Of a DNA stretch of 64,000 bases, positions 24,081 to 33,812 are shown piece after piece. The notes beneath the pieces were generated by a model. That model was not told the DNA's origin. It was given only the letters and a program-made list of their open reading frames with translations, and ran no database searches. The DNA comes from Elsinoe ampelina. Lineage: Eukaryota. Both the position numbers and the translations under genes were made by a program. The stretch lies in assembly GCA_010093995.1 (NCBI GenBank), contig ML992501.1:1518566-1582565 (forward strand). The letters run 5' to 3'. Numbering within the stretch: the first letter of the stretch is position 1; the number at the start of each line of letters is the position of its first letter.

Positions 24081-26051
24081 CTAGCACTTCCCAAAGTTGA
24101 CATCAACATCCAGCTCAAACGTCCACGACTGCTTGGAGCTGTAGCTATCCTTGCCCACCCATCCACCGGTATAGGTCTCAAAGGACGAATCAACAGCGAC
24201 ATCGTACAGATTGCAGTACGTTCCGTACGGCACACCGTTCTTGTGGTAGTAGATGGCGTTGACATACTTGCATGGTGTCCAGGTCTTGAGGCCAGCTTGG
24301 ATGGCGGCGGCTTTGTTGGCGGCGTTCTGAGCGATTGCGTAGTCACCGCAGATTTGTGCGTTGAAGGGGCCGGGGAAAACCTTGCTGCCCATCCATCGCT
24401 TGGGGTTGTTGACGGCTTTGCCTCCGCAGTTCTTGCCTGGCTTCCATTTGGGAACGGAGCTGGTTGGAGTGGAGGCGGCGGTGGTCTTGGCTGTGGTCTT
24501 CACGGAGGTGGTCAACGATGATTTGACGGTGGTGGTAAGCTTGCCAGTGGTCTGTGCTGTGCTAGTCTGAATAGCAGTGGTTGTGGGAGCGGTGGTCGAT
24601 GGAGCAGCAGTAGTGGAGCTTGGGGTAGAGGAAGGTGCAGTCGAGGTAACCTCACAGGTAGGTGTAGTGTTGTTGGTCTTGTCGTAGCCATTGGAACCGG
24701 TGATGACAACCTCAAAGTCCTTGCGCCATTGGCCTTTGTTAGTGGCGAGACTGGCGTCTAGAGCAGATCCCCAAAGAGTGCACTTGTAGTTGGTGACGGC
24801 ATCGGGAAGAGGGCACCAGTATCCCCAGACAGTGGGAGCAGTGGAATCGTTTTTGGTGGGGTTGAGTGCTGGGTCACGCTCAATGTAGATGTTGAAGGAT
24901 GTGCAAAGATTAGTTTCTTCACAGAAGGCGGCGCACTTATTGACATCGTATGCATCGAGAGTGTGAAGACCAAGATACGAGTTGGCAGATACTGAACCTT
25001 GAAGGTTACTGAAGATGCGGTTGTAAGTACTGCTGCCACTGTTGACGGTCGAGGGAGCGGAGAGTGCGGCTTGCTTGAAGTCGGGGTTGTTCATGAAAGC
25101 ATCGACAGTGAGATTGCCTGGACCGTGGCCGTCAGGCTGGGGAGCGCAAGGATCTTCAGGGTTGATGAAGCCACAGTAGGTGCCAGCCTCGGGTTGAGTA
25201 GCGCATGCGCCGTTCGCGGATGTTGTGGAAGTTGCATATGTGGTGGTGGAAGGAGAAGGTACGGCTCCGCCGCAGCTAATATCATAGAAAGCGTAAGGAC
25301 TTTCGTCGACAGGATTGATGTTGCCAAGTACAGGAGCCTTGTAGCATAGACAAGTGTTGGCGCCGAAAGCGAAGCTCAAAGCCCCGTCATGCTGCAAGCA
25401 AAGGCCTTTGCAGGTCTCGAGATTGGCAAATTGACCAGAGCCATCGGACCAGAAAGCTGCAGGGTTCTGCAAGTCGTAGCCATGAATGCCACAAGATCCA
25501 CTCGAAGCAGCGGATGTAGTTGCTGGAGCTGCCGTGGTTGTTGAAGGGGCAGCAGTTGTCGGGACAGGTGTTGTGTATGCGGAAGTTGTTGGGACCGCCT
25601 TGGAAGTAGTTGTGCTCGTTGTGGTGGTCGAACTGGTCGCTCTTGTAGTGGTGGTCGTGGTGGTCGTAGTTGGAGCAGTAGTGGGCTTCGCGGAAGTCGT
25701 AGTGGTCTTCGGAGCAGCTGCAGGAGTTGTACAGGGAGTAGTTGAAGCCGGAGCCGTTTGACACTTGCGGAAAAGCAAGCATTCCCAAGTGTTGATGACA
25801 GCGCCGTAGTTGGTGCTTCCACCGAGGTTGAAGAAAGTACGCTTCGTGAGACCTGAACCAGCAGGAGCAACAGGATCGGTGACAGTCACATTGTTGGTAA
25901 TGGTGACATCTTCTTCGACCACAAAAGTACCTGGACCAGTAGCGGCGACCGGCGCTGCATTGATCTGATCCATGTCGAGCATCTGAGGAGCGGGAGAGCC
26001 AGCGACCAGGCCAGCCAGGGCCGCGGCAACGATGATCTTCTGATGAACCAT
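24081..26051 (-). CDS. Secreted Thr/Ser-rich, Cys-rich protein with PAN/Apple-like modules (paralogue A)
   Basis: Signal peptide, LTKR Kex2-like site, T-rich linkers, core YDVNKCAAFC...CTSFNIYIERDP...CTLWG...NKGQWRKDFEVVITGSNGY. Confidence 0.85.
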   Translation of the reverse strand: MVHQKIIVAAALAGLVAGSPAPQMLDMDQINAAPVAATGPGTFVVEEDVTITNNVTVTDPVAPAGSGLTKRTFFNLGGSTNYGAVINTWECLLFRKCQTAPASTTPCTTPAAAPKTTTTSAKPTTAPTTTTTTTTTRATSSTTTTSTTTSKAVPTTSAYTTPVPTTAAPSTTTAAPATTSAASSGSCGIHGYDLQNPAAFWSDGSGQFANLETCKGLCLQHDGALSFAFGANTCLCYKAPVLGNINPVDESPYAFYDISCGGAVPSPSTTTYATSTTSANGACATQPEAGTYCGFINPEDPCAPQPDGHGPGNLTVDAFMNNPDFKQAALSAPSTVNSGSSTYNRIFSNLQGSVSANSYLGLHTLDAYDVNKCAAFCEETNLCTSFNIYIERDPALNPTKNDSTAPTVWGYWCPLPDAVTNYKCTLWGSALDASLATNKGQWRKDFEVVITGSNGYDKTNNTTPTCEVTSTAPSSTPSSTTAAPSTTAPTTTAIQTSTAQTTGKLTTTVKSSLTTSVKTTAKTTAASTPTSSVPKWKPGKNCGGKAVNNPKRWMGSKVFPGPFNAQICGDYAIAQNAANKAAAIQAGLKTWTPCKYVNAIYYHKNGVPYGTYCNLYDVAVDSSFETYTGGWVGKDSYSSKQSWTFELDVDVNFGKC

Positions 26052-27096
26052 GGTGAATGAGTGTAGTTTTACTGTAGTGATTAAGATATTATTAAGTTAG
26101 ATAGTATAGATTAGTGAATGAATTAGAAACGAAAAGGGACCAGCCCAGAAGATTGTACAGTAAAGAAAAGATGAGGTTGTGGTTGCTGGTCGTCAGTAAG
26201 AGGTCCAACCTCAAGGTCTTATACCTGCAGCCCAAGCATGCACATGACGGTGACGGCATGGCAGCGTCCTTCAGAGTCGAACAATTGGCCGTTGCCACCG
26301 CTATAACGGCTCGTAATCGAAGAAGGAGTCCACGCTGCTACATGCCATGGTTTGGCGGTGTCTCGGCAAAGCTTGTCCGTCAAGACAGAATGACGGCTGT
26401 CATTCTCGAAGGAGACCAGGTAAATCTCGAAATGGATGGCCCGAGATTGATAGTTGGGTTCTCTGATTGCGGACCGGTCGATACTGTCGTCGAACGTCCG
26501 CAGCGTGCCGAGAGCCGGCAGCCAGAGACACAGCAGGTAGCATATGCGAACCTTATCAACAGGTCATGCCTCTATCGCAGCTCGCCCTGACGAGACAATC
26601 GAAGCCAAGGTCCCTGTGTATCAGGAAATATTACTTTGGAAAAAGAGTGAGGTCGATGCGTTGGAGCAGCAAGAGGAAGAAGAGGAATAAAAGGCACTGA
26701 CGAGAGGTACTACGGTGAACGGAATTCAAAAGAATGCAAAGCATTTTTCCCCGAAATTTCACCATTCCGAACATCACAGATCTAATGCCTTCCATGCATT
26801 CCTCCTTATACATGGTCGTCGTTCATGATAGCGGCATGATGGCCCCAAGATCTATCTATTCTGCTCAGGCTTTGGACCCCTTGAGATTTATTCTCTCTGC
26901 CACAGGAGTCCACAGGATTTCTGCCCGCTTCGTCGCGGTCAAAACAGTATCCTGAACCCTCCGGCCTCTCGGAACGACCCGACCTACTCCAACTGTGCTA
27001 TTCCTCATTGAGCCTTCTTTGCTCAAAACTCTCGAATGTAGTATATGCTGTCATAGATGATGCCTCGGGGCTGGTGTAAACTCCTCGTCTTTGTCC

Positions 27097-28822
27097 TCAG
27101 TCGCCCATCACATTCGCCGGCCTTTTCGCCCAATGGGGATTTTCGTACTCGAGTAGCGTGCAGTCAGGATAGTCATACCTCCTGTCGATGTGCGAGATGG
27201 GTCTAACGTGCTGTAAGGTGTAGCCCATCGGCCCATGTACGACAGCGTCTTCGATTGCGAAAATGCAGACACCTCCTGAGTGTCGGTATGGTCGCTGTTC
27301 TCCACAACCAAAGGCGACTAGTTCTATGCTTGGAACGAACTCGTATCCCTCATCTGACATCTGGCCGTTCACCATGGTCGCGGTGAAGGATCGTAGAAGT
27401 TCTTGATATATAGTCGTTGAGAGGTTCAACACCGCGTTCACCGTTGGCCAGGGACTAATGCGCAATGCATAGATGGAGGAGTTCTGCAGCAGATACTGCT
27501 ATGCTGAAGTGAGCTGTTTGGGCTTTGTACAGGATTCAATGGGCTACTTACAACTCGGCTTGACCAGGAAGGTTCCACGGTGGATAGCAGATCAGCCGGG
27601 GGAAAAGCGCAGGAAAGCTGTCCCAGAGCAGGGCATGCGTCGATAACGGCGGCAAGGTCGTCCTTACTCCAATACCATTCGACGTTGTTGGTCCTCGCAT
27701 CTCCAAAGAAATGAACAGAGAGGAGCTCCAGCTTGGATCCCGAGGCACAGATCTTGCCAGCATTGATGCTTCTGGAAGTCCCTCTCAATGACAGCGAGAG
27801 AACCTTGAGCTTGGTACAAAGAGTAAGAAGCGCCTCCAGTGCTTCAATAACTCTATTGTCGTTGAGGTCGTTGTGAGTGACGGTCAGTTGCTCGATGGTC
27901 ACTGGAGCGGGCCTGCACATCCTTCTGAGAAGTCCTGCAGTACCAGAACAGTCCACAAGGGTCAAGGTCTGCAGACGAGAAAGGTCAAGCATGGACATCC
28001 ATTCAGAGGCGACATTTCTGAGATCAACGGAGCACAATCTGAGCTCGTGGAGGTCGATGAGATTGCTTGGTATACCGCTGGGAAGTCGGATACTGAACAG
28101 ACGCCTGGCGAACACGGAAGACAGGCTTGTGGAAGATGTCTGTGAATCGAGGCCAAGAAAGCCGAACTTGTTTGCCGCGTCTCGAACCTCGATGTCCAAG
28201 GTCCTGATTGAGCTTGCCGCTTGGACGAGATACTGTGAGAGTTGAAAAGATGTCTCCGAGTCGATGATGAGTTCCAGCTTTTGACGGCCGTCAAGAGTCT
28301 TCCCGTAGGCAGGGGCGACCTCTTCAACTCCGTAATGAGACGAGACAGCAGTCGTTAGAGGAATCGTCGGCATGACCTGCAGATTCCCGAGCCGCCTTTG
28401 TGTTGAGTACAGTTTTCTGATAGCGTTCACAGAAGGAGGAGCGACTTCTGACCACGTGAAACGCCTGAGAACGTCTTCCGGCAGATACTCGAGAATGATT
28501 CGCAGCGTACACTCGACCAGTAAAGCTGGCGCTTCATCGATCGTGCTGATCTCCAACTCTTGAATGTAACGAAGAGCAACATTGCGCGGGTTGAAGGTAT
28601 AGACAAGATCACAGTCTTCTCGACTCCCGATGAGGAGATGCATGTCGGCGTAAAGCAGCTTGACGCCTGGATCATACCAGTCCTTGTTGGTGAGACAAAG
28701 ATTCTTGAAATCTGATGGTCGTGAAAGCTGTCGCATCAATCAGTAATGAGTCGGTGCGCATTTGGTGCTATACATGCGTGCTCGGCTACCATATGCCTGA
28801 CCTCCACCGGCAGTTGCACCAT
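27097..28822 (-). CDS. F-box/LRR-like protein (copy 4); exons 28822-28778, 28727-27552, 27498-27097
   Basis: MVQLPVEVRHMVAEH|LSRPSDFKNLCLTNKDWYDPGVKLLY; first intron appears to be GC-AG; LxxLxL repeats; second intron at the family-conserved site. Confidence 0.8.
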
Positions 28823-29342
28823 GATGGCGTGATATACGATTGTCTCGACTTCGTATGGTGACGATTTGTTCGATAGTACGAAGGTGGTGAAAGAAGAGAA
28901 GTGGGAAAGATGGATGTCAGGAAATGATCAACAAGAGAGAAGTGGTCAGCCACGTTTCACGAAACATGCCACTTCGTCACGTGATTCTCAAGGATGATGT
29001 CAGCGGAATGAAAACGTCGAACATAGGTAGGCCTGGCTGCAGTCTGGCATTAGAAGGAGTTCTCGACATCACCTGAGTCCAAGCCTCCGTTTCAGCAACA
29101 TTATGAACCTTGCGACCAGTGGCCCGCACTCGACCCATGCATGCTCTCGAGACCTGCGTGGACGGATCAGCATTTGGTGGCGTACGCTTGCAGACAAGAG
29201 TCCTGTCGAAGTTCAATTCGGGCAGAGCACTTTCTCTGTCGATCTGTCCCTTCAATCGATCTTTGGCTATCTCTGCGGCTCCTTCTCAATGAGACTTCAT
29301 GCTCATCTTCACCAGTGTCGCTAGTGCCACTCCTTCCAGCCA

Positions 29343-31159
29343 TTACTGAATGTCCTGTGGCGGACCTTTACGGAAGGCAACCCATTTGTCCAGGATATCG
29401 CTCTCGGGCATCTCATGTACCCGCTCCGAGCTACTGACCAGCTCTGCCTGCACGTATCCCTGGACCCCTGAGACAGCACCTCGTTTATAGATCTGATGCG
29501 CCTCCACGGCGGCGAGAGGGTCTTGATTGGTGATACCGAATGCCACGAGTCGCAGACTTGAACTGTTCGGGATACGATAGTGATTTGTTGGGTCACTACC
29601 AACGTTGAGGATCTGCTTTGCCAGGCTCTTGATAGCGCAGCAGTAGATGCTGGATTCGACAGCTTCGACGGATTCGGGTGCTTCTGGCCAGGTACTGATC
29701 CTCAGGGTATGGAGCTTTGGCAAGGCTTTGATGGCAACCTGATGAACATAAGCTATGGTGGACTTTCTTGCGGATGGCAATACTTACTATGCATCGCATC
29801 CAGTCGTCGGAAGGATCATCGATGATAGATGTACTTGGGAGAGCGCAAGAGAGCTGCTCTAATTCGACACAAGCTCGAGTTATCATCCCGAGATCCTGAT
29901 GTGTCCAGTGAAGTTCATAGTTATCATCGTTGGGAGCAACGTGGACGTTGAGAAGCCTGAGAGAACTCCTATGCGATCTGATACAGCGCTCTTCTACCAT
30001 GCGGCTCATCCCTGCCATGCTGAGCACTAGGTTCACAAGCCCACGGGTGGATCTGAGATATCGCTCGATCGCGGTAAGAGTGCGGTCCCTATCGTGACCA
30101 CTGATCTGGATCTCGAGTTCGGTCAGAGAACTGGTCCAGTAGCTGCGAAACATGGGCAAGAAAGATCTCAGACCGGAGCATGCGCGAAGTCGCAGCGTGT
30201 GCAACGCTCTGAATGGGACTAGACTGACCCAGTCCGAATGCTGAGTCAAATCAATGTTGAACAGTGTCAGACTGCGCAATTTGTTCAATGACGAAAGACC
30301 AGTGACCCACGGCCTGTTCTGACATAGCTTGCGGATGAAGTTGCCCGAATGATTCCCCTGTTGCACGGCTGTTGTGCTTGGTGATCCAGACACAGACATG
30401 AAGCTCAGATTCTTCACATTCCGACAGATTCGTATACTCAATTCAACTGGCTTGCATTCCGACAAGAGGATGCGGCTCAATTCGAAGGACTCTCTTGATT
30501 GTATGAACAGCTCAAGCTTTACGCAGTGGTTGAGTGAGCCCGTCGTCTGTGTTGGACGAATTGGTACCATATAACCTGACCCGTAGATTAGATCACCTCC
30601 ATCAAGCTCTCGTGGCCCCACACCACTACCATTGGCCACCAACGTAGGGGTGGGCGGGAGTCGATCGAGTAGACCTGCTGCGTGGAACGTCTGTACTGAG
30701 CTCATCTTCTTCTGGCGGCATAGTAACACACGTAGAGTATCCTGTGACAGGCGGGCCCAGCTCCTCCAGTGGAATCTTGACAATGAGTCTTCTGGGAGCA
30801 GCTTGAGAAGGACAGAGATTGTGGCGTCTGCTTGGGATTGGAAGCCACCAACTGCCAGGTCCAGATCAACCTCTTTGACATAGCGCAAACCATTGTTGCG
30901 AGAATTGAGCGTCATTGCCATCAGTTGGACGTCGTTCTGGGAGCCGATGTCGAAGCGGAGGCAACGATATAGTTTTCGGATCGCGGCGTCGTACCAAGTA
31001 TGGGAGACGTAGGACAGGTTGGCAAGATCTGAGGGACAATTCAACTGTAACATTCAGCGGCCATCAGCATTTCCTGAGCTGCAAAGTTCTTACTGCTTCT
31101 GCGATCATACATTTCACCTCAATTGGGAGCCTGGCTCCAGCGCTCTGGTTGGTGCCCAT
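29343..31159 (-). CDS. F-box/LRR-like protein (copy 5); exons 31159-31094, 31044-29788, 29738-29343
   Basis: ARLPIEVKCMIAEA|LNCPSDLANLSYVSHTWYDAAIRKLY; LxxLxL repeats; GTAAGA/GTAAGT donors. Confidence 0.82.
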
Positions 31160-31940
31160 GTTCCCACCGAAGCTGTGGAATGCGACCAAAACCTGCGATC
31201 AATCAGGTCTCGGCAGATCGAATGTGTTTATAAAGTTGAGAACGGTACTTTGTAAGATTTTGACAATGAAGGGGGAAGTGAAGCACAGGCCGGATGGAAT
31301 TGCAAGTGAGAAAGAATCAAAGTGATCGAGCAGACTTCGAAGTGGTGGCGGGTTGGCAACCTCACTTCGCTCACCTTTCCGTCAGTTCCGGTCTGGTATC
31401 ACTTCAAATTCACATTGGGCGAATCTCGTTTGTTCACTGCCCTCGGATGGAACGCGAGTTAAAGAACAAGCACAATTTCTGCCTCGTTGTTGAGCTCAAA
31501 GCTCACCCATGTTTGATCTATATTTCAGCTTCTATCACATCACATAGCATCGCCACTACAGGCTCATAAATCAATGACATGAAGTCCTCTTTATATCAAG
31601 CGACAAATCAGAGCATGCTGTCCAAACAGGGTAGGTATAAAAGAGAAAAGCAAAGGAAAGCCATTTTGGTCGGCACAACGTTTCGCCGAAACAAGCAACC
31701 TGCTTGCCTCCACGTCTCCAAGATCATGCTCGTCTTGCATACAGCCATCCAAATAATCATGTCAACATGCTGGTATGCGAAGCGAGGATAGAGAGTCACA
31801 GACCGCAGGTGTCGACCATAGCGCATGCTTGGTAGAGGTTGAAATTTGTACACACGATAAAGTTAAACATTACAAAGTGGTATCTCCCATGCCCCAAAAC
31901 GCCCTATATACAATCCCCCTTCCTCTTCCCATGCATCACC

Positions 31941-33812
31941 CTAGATCGACCCCGCAATCCTACTAACAACAGCCCCCAAGCCACCCGCCGCCGTCGTCGT
32001 CGCCACCGCAGTGGTCGTACTCGCCCTCGCCGTCGTCGTCGTCGTTGTCGTTGTCGAGCTCAAATTCGGCGGAGTATAAGCCGACGCCACCCACGCCAAA
32101 TCCACATTCGCGTTCGCATTCGGACTCGTGGTCACGCCTGCCAGACGCTTGAAGTAGCACACCTTGGCTGAAGGGACGTAGGCGAAACCGCTGCACCCGC
32201 TGATGACGTCGCAGTTGGTGAAGCAGTCGCTGTAGGCGTTGACGGTGAGGGAGGAGATGTCGCCTACGTTGAGGAGGTCTGTTCCGCAGCGTGTTTGATA
32301 AATCACTCCATTGGCGTCGGTGTAGGATGCTCCGCCGAGGGATGCGCAAGATACTGATGATGGGGTGGCTGCGGAGAGGGAGCGGGTGGTGGTTGCAAGG
32401 GTGGTGGTGGTAGTAGTGGTGGTAGTTGTGGTTGTGGGAACAGCAGTAGTCGTGGTTGTTGTTGTCGTCGTCCTGACGGCGGTGGTGGTTGGCAGCAAAT
32501 TGTTGGCAGTAGCAACGACATTGCCGGCTGCGCTAGAGACAACACTGCCTGCAGCATTGGAGATGACACCACTGTCGAGCTGGCTTACAACATAGCCGTA
32601 TGACTGGAGCAGATCATAGCTGACACCAGACATGGTCGAGCTGTACAGACCGGCGTAGGACGAGACGTCAGACGAGTAAGCCTGGCAGTAAGTACCCTGA
32701 GCAAGTCCGTTGACAGAGATGGACAGAGCGTTGAAGAAGTTGCAAGGGGTGTAGCTGCTCAAACCAGCGGTCCTGGCAGTAGCCTTGTTGGTCGCAGTCG
32801 TGTTTGTGCAGAAGTCAGCGCAGAGCTGAGGGCTGAAAGACTGTGTGTAGAACTGAGCGCCGGCGAAAGGTGTCCTGCCGGAGGTGATGCTGGAGACATC
32901 GACAGCACCGCTAAGAGGGACGGGAGCGTTGAAGCCCGAGACAGTGGCGGGGATGGGGTTCTTGTTGTACCCGTTAGATCCTTGAACAACGACCATGAAG
33001 TCGGTCCTCCACTCGCCAATGTTGCCAGCTTGGGCGGCAGAGACCTGAGATCCCCATAGAGCGCAGCGGACCATGGTAGATGAGGTAGGGTTGGGGCAAG
33101 CTGAACCTGGATCTTGGATCGGGTCACGCTCAAAGTAGATGTTGAAGGCCTGGCAGCCTGAAGTTGCATCACAGAACGCCGCGCATTGCGAAATGTTGTA
33201 AGTCGGCAGTTGAGTGTAGGTGATGTAGTTGTTGGCGAAGAGCGAGCCATACTGATTGGTAAAGTTGGTAGTATAGCCAGCTGGGTAGGGAGTGTTGTCC
33301 TTGGAGATTTTCGCCAGCCTTGCGTCTGTGAGGAAACCAGTAGGGTTGTTGGGCGATGGAACGTAGCCATACTGAACGTCCTGTGCAACACAACCAGCAG
33401 CGGCGATGTTGGGACGCACAGCGGCGAACGCAGCTACAGCGCCTCCGTGACCTGTCTTGGACTTGCCAGTGGCCTTCGCTGCCTTGGCCTTTTTCGTCTT
33501 GGTGGTCTTTGGTGCCTTGCCCTTCTTCGTGGTAACCTTGGGCACTTGGTCCTTCTTCGTGGCGCTGGTAGTTGCGGTAGCTTCTTCAGTAGTCGTAGCA
33601 GTAGTAGTGACACCAGTCGGCTGAGGCCTGCGTGCACTCATGGCACTAATAATCGATGCAGCAGTGGCCTCGGTATTAGTCTCGGCCGCAGGAGTGTTGC
33701 TAGTCTGCGAAAGCCCGGGCTTCTTCTTCATGATCTTTCCGAATTGAATGCCCTGCGCCTCCACAACAGTGGTGAACGGAAGAGCGGGCAGAGCGGCATC
33801 CCAGAAGCGCAT
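31941..33812 (-). CDS. Secreted Thr-rich, Cys-rich protein with PAN/Apple-like modules (paralogue B)
   Basis: Likely start MRFWDAALPALPFTTVVEAQ; core YNISQCAAFC...CQAFNIYFERDP...CALWG...NIGEWRTDFMVVVQGSNGY; C-terminal Apple-like CFTNCDVISGCSGFAY...CYFK. Confidence 0.82.
   Translation of the reverse strand: MRFWDAALPALPFTTVVEAQGIQFGKIMKKKPGLSQTSNTPAAETNTEATAASIISAMSARRPQPTGVTTTATTTEEATATTSATKKDQVPKVTTKKGKAPKTTKTKKAKAAKATGKSKTGHGGAVAAFAAVRPNIAAAGCVAQDVQYGYVPSPNNPTGFLTDARLAKISKDNTPYPAGYTTNFTNQYGSLFANNYITYTQLPTYNISQCAAFCDATSGCQAFNIYFERDPIQDPGSACPNPTSSTMVRCALWGSQVSAAQAGNIGEWRTDFMVVVQGSNGYNKNPIPATVSGFNAPVPLSGAVDVSSITSGRTPFAGAQFYTQSFSPQLCADFCTNTTATNKATARTAGLSSYTPCNFFNALSISVNGLAQGTYCQAYSSDVSSYAGLYSSTMSGVSYDLLQSYGYVVSQLDSGVISNAAGSVVSSAAGNVVATANNLLPTTTAVRTTTTTTTTTAVPTTTTTTTTTTTTLATTTRSLSAATPSSVSCASLGGASYTDANGVIYQTRCGTDLLNVGDISSLTVNAYSDCFTNCDVISGCSGFAYVPSAKVCYFKRLAGVTTSPNANANVDLAWVASAYTPPNLSSTTTTTTTTARASTTTAVATTTAAGGLGAVVSRIAGSI

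Noticed and set aside
25540..25720. GTG/GTT-rich repeats here and at ~32390-32490 as regulatory or CRISPR-like arrays
   Set aside because: They encode Thr-rich linkers of the secreted proteins; no repeat-spacer structure.
12524..33812. Secondary-metabolite biosynthetic cluster
   Set aside because: Only an acyltransferase and a distant MFS transporter; no backbone enzyme, P450 or cluster regulator in the window.
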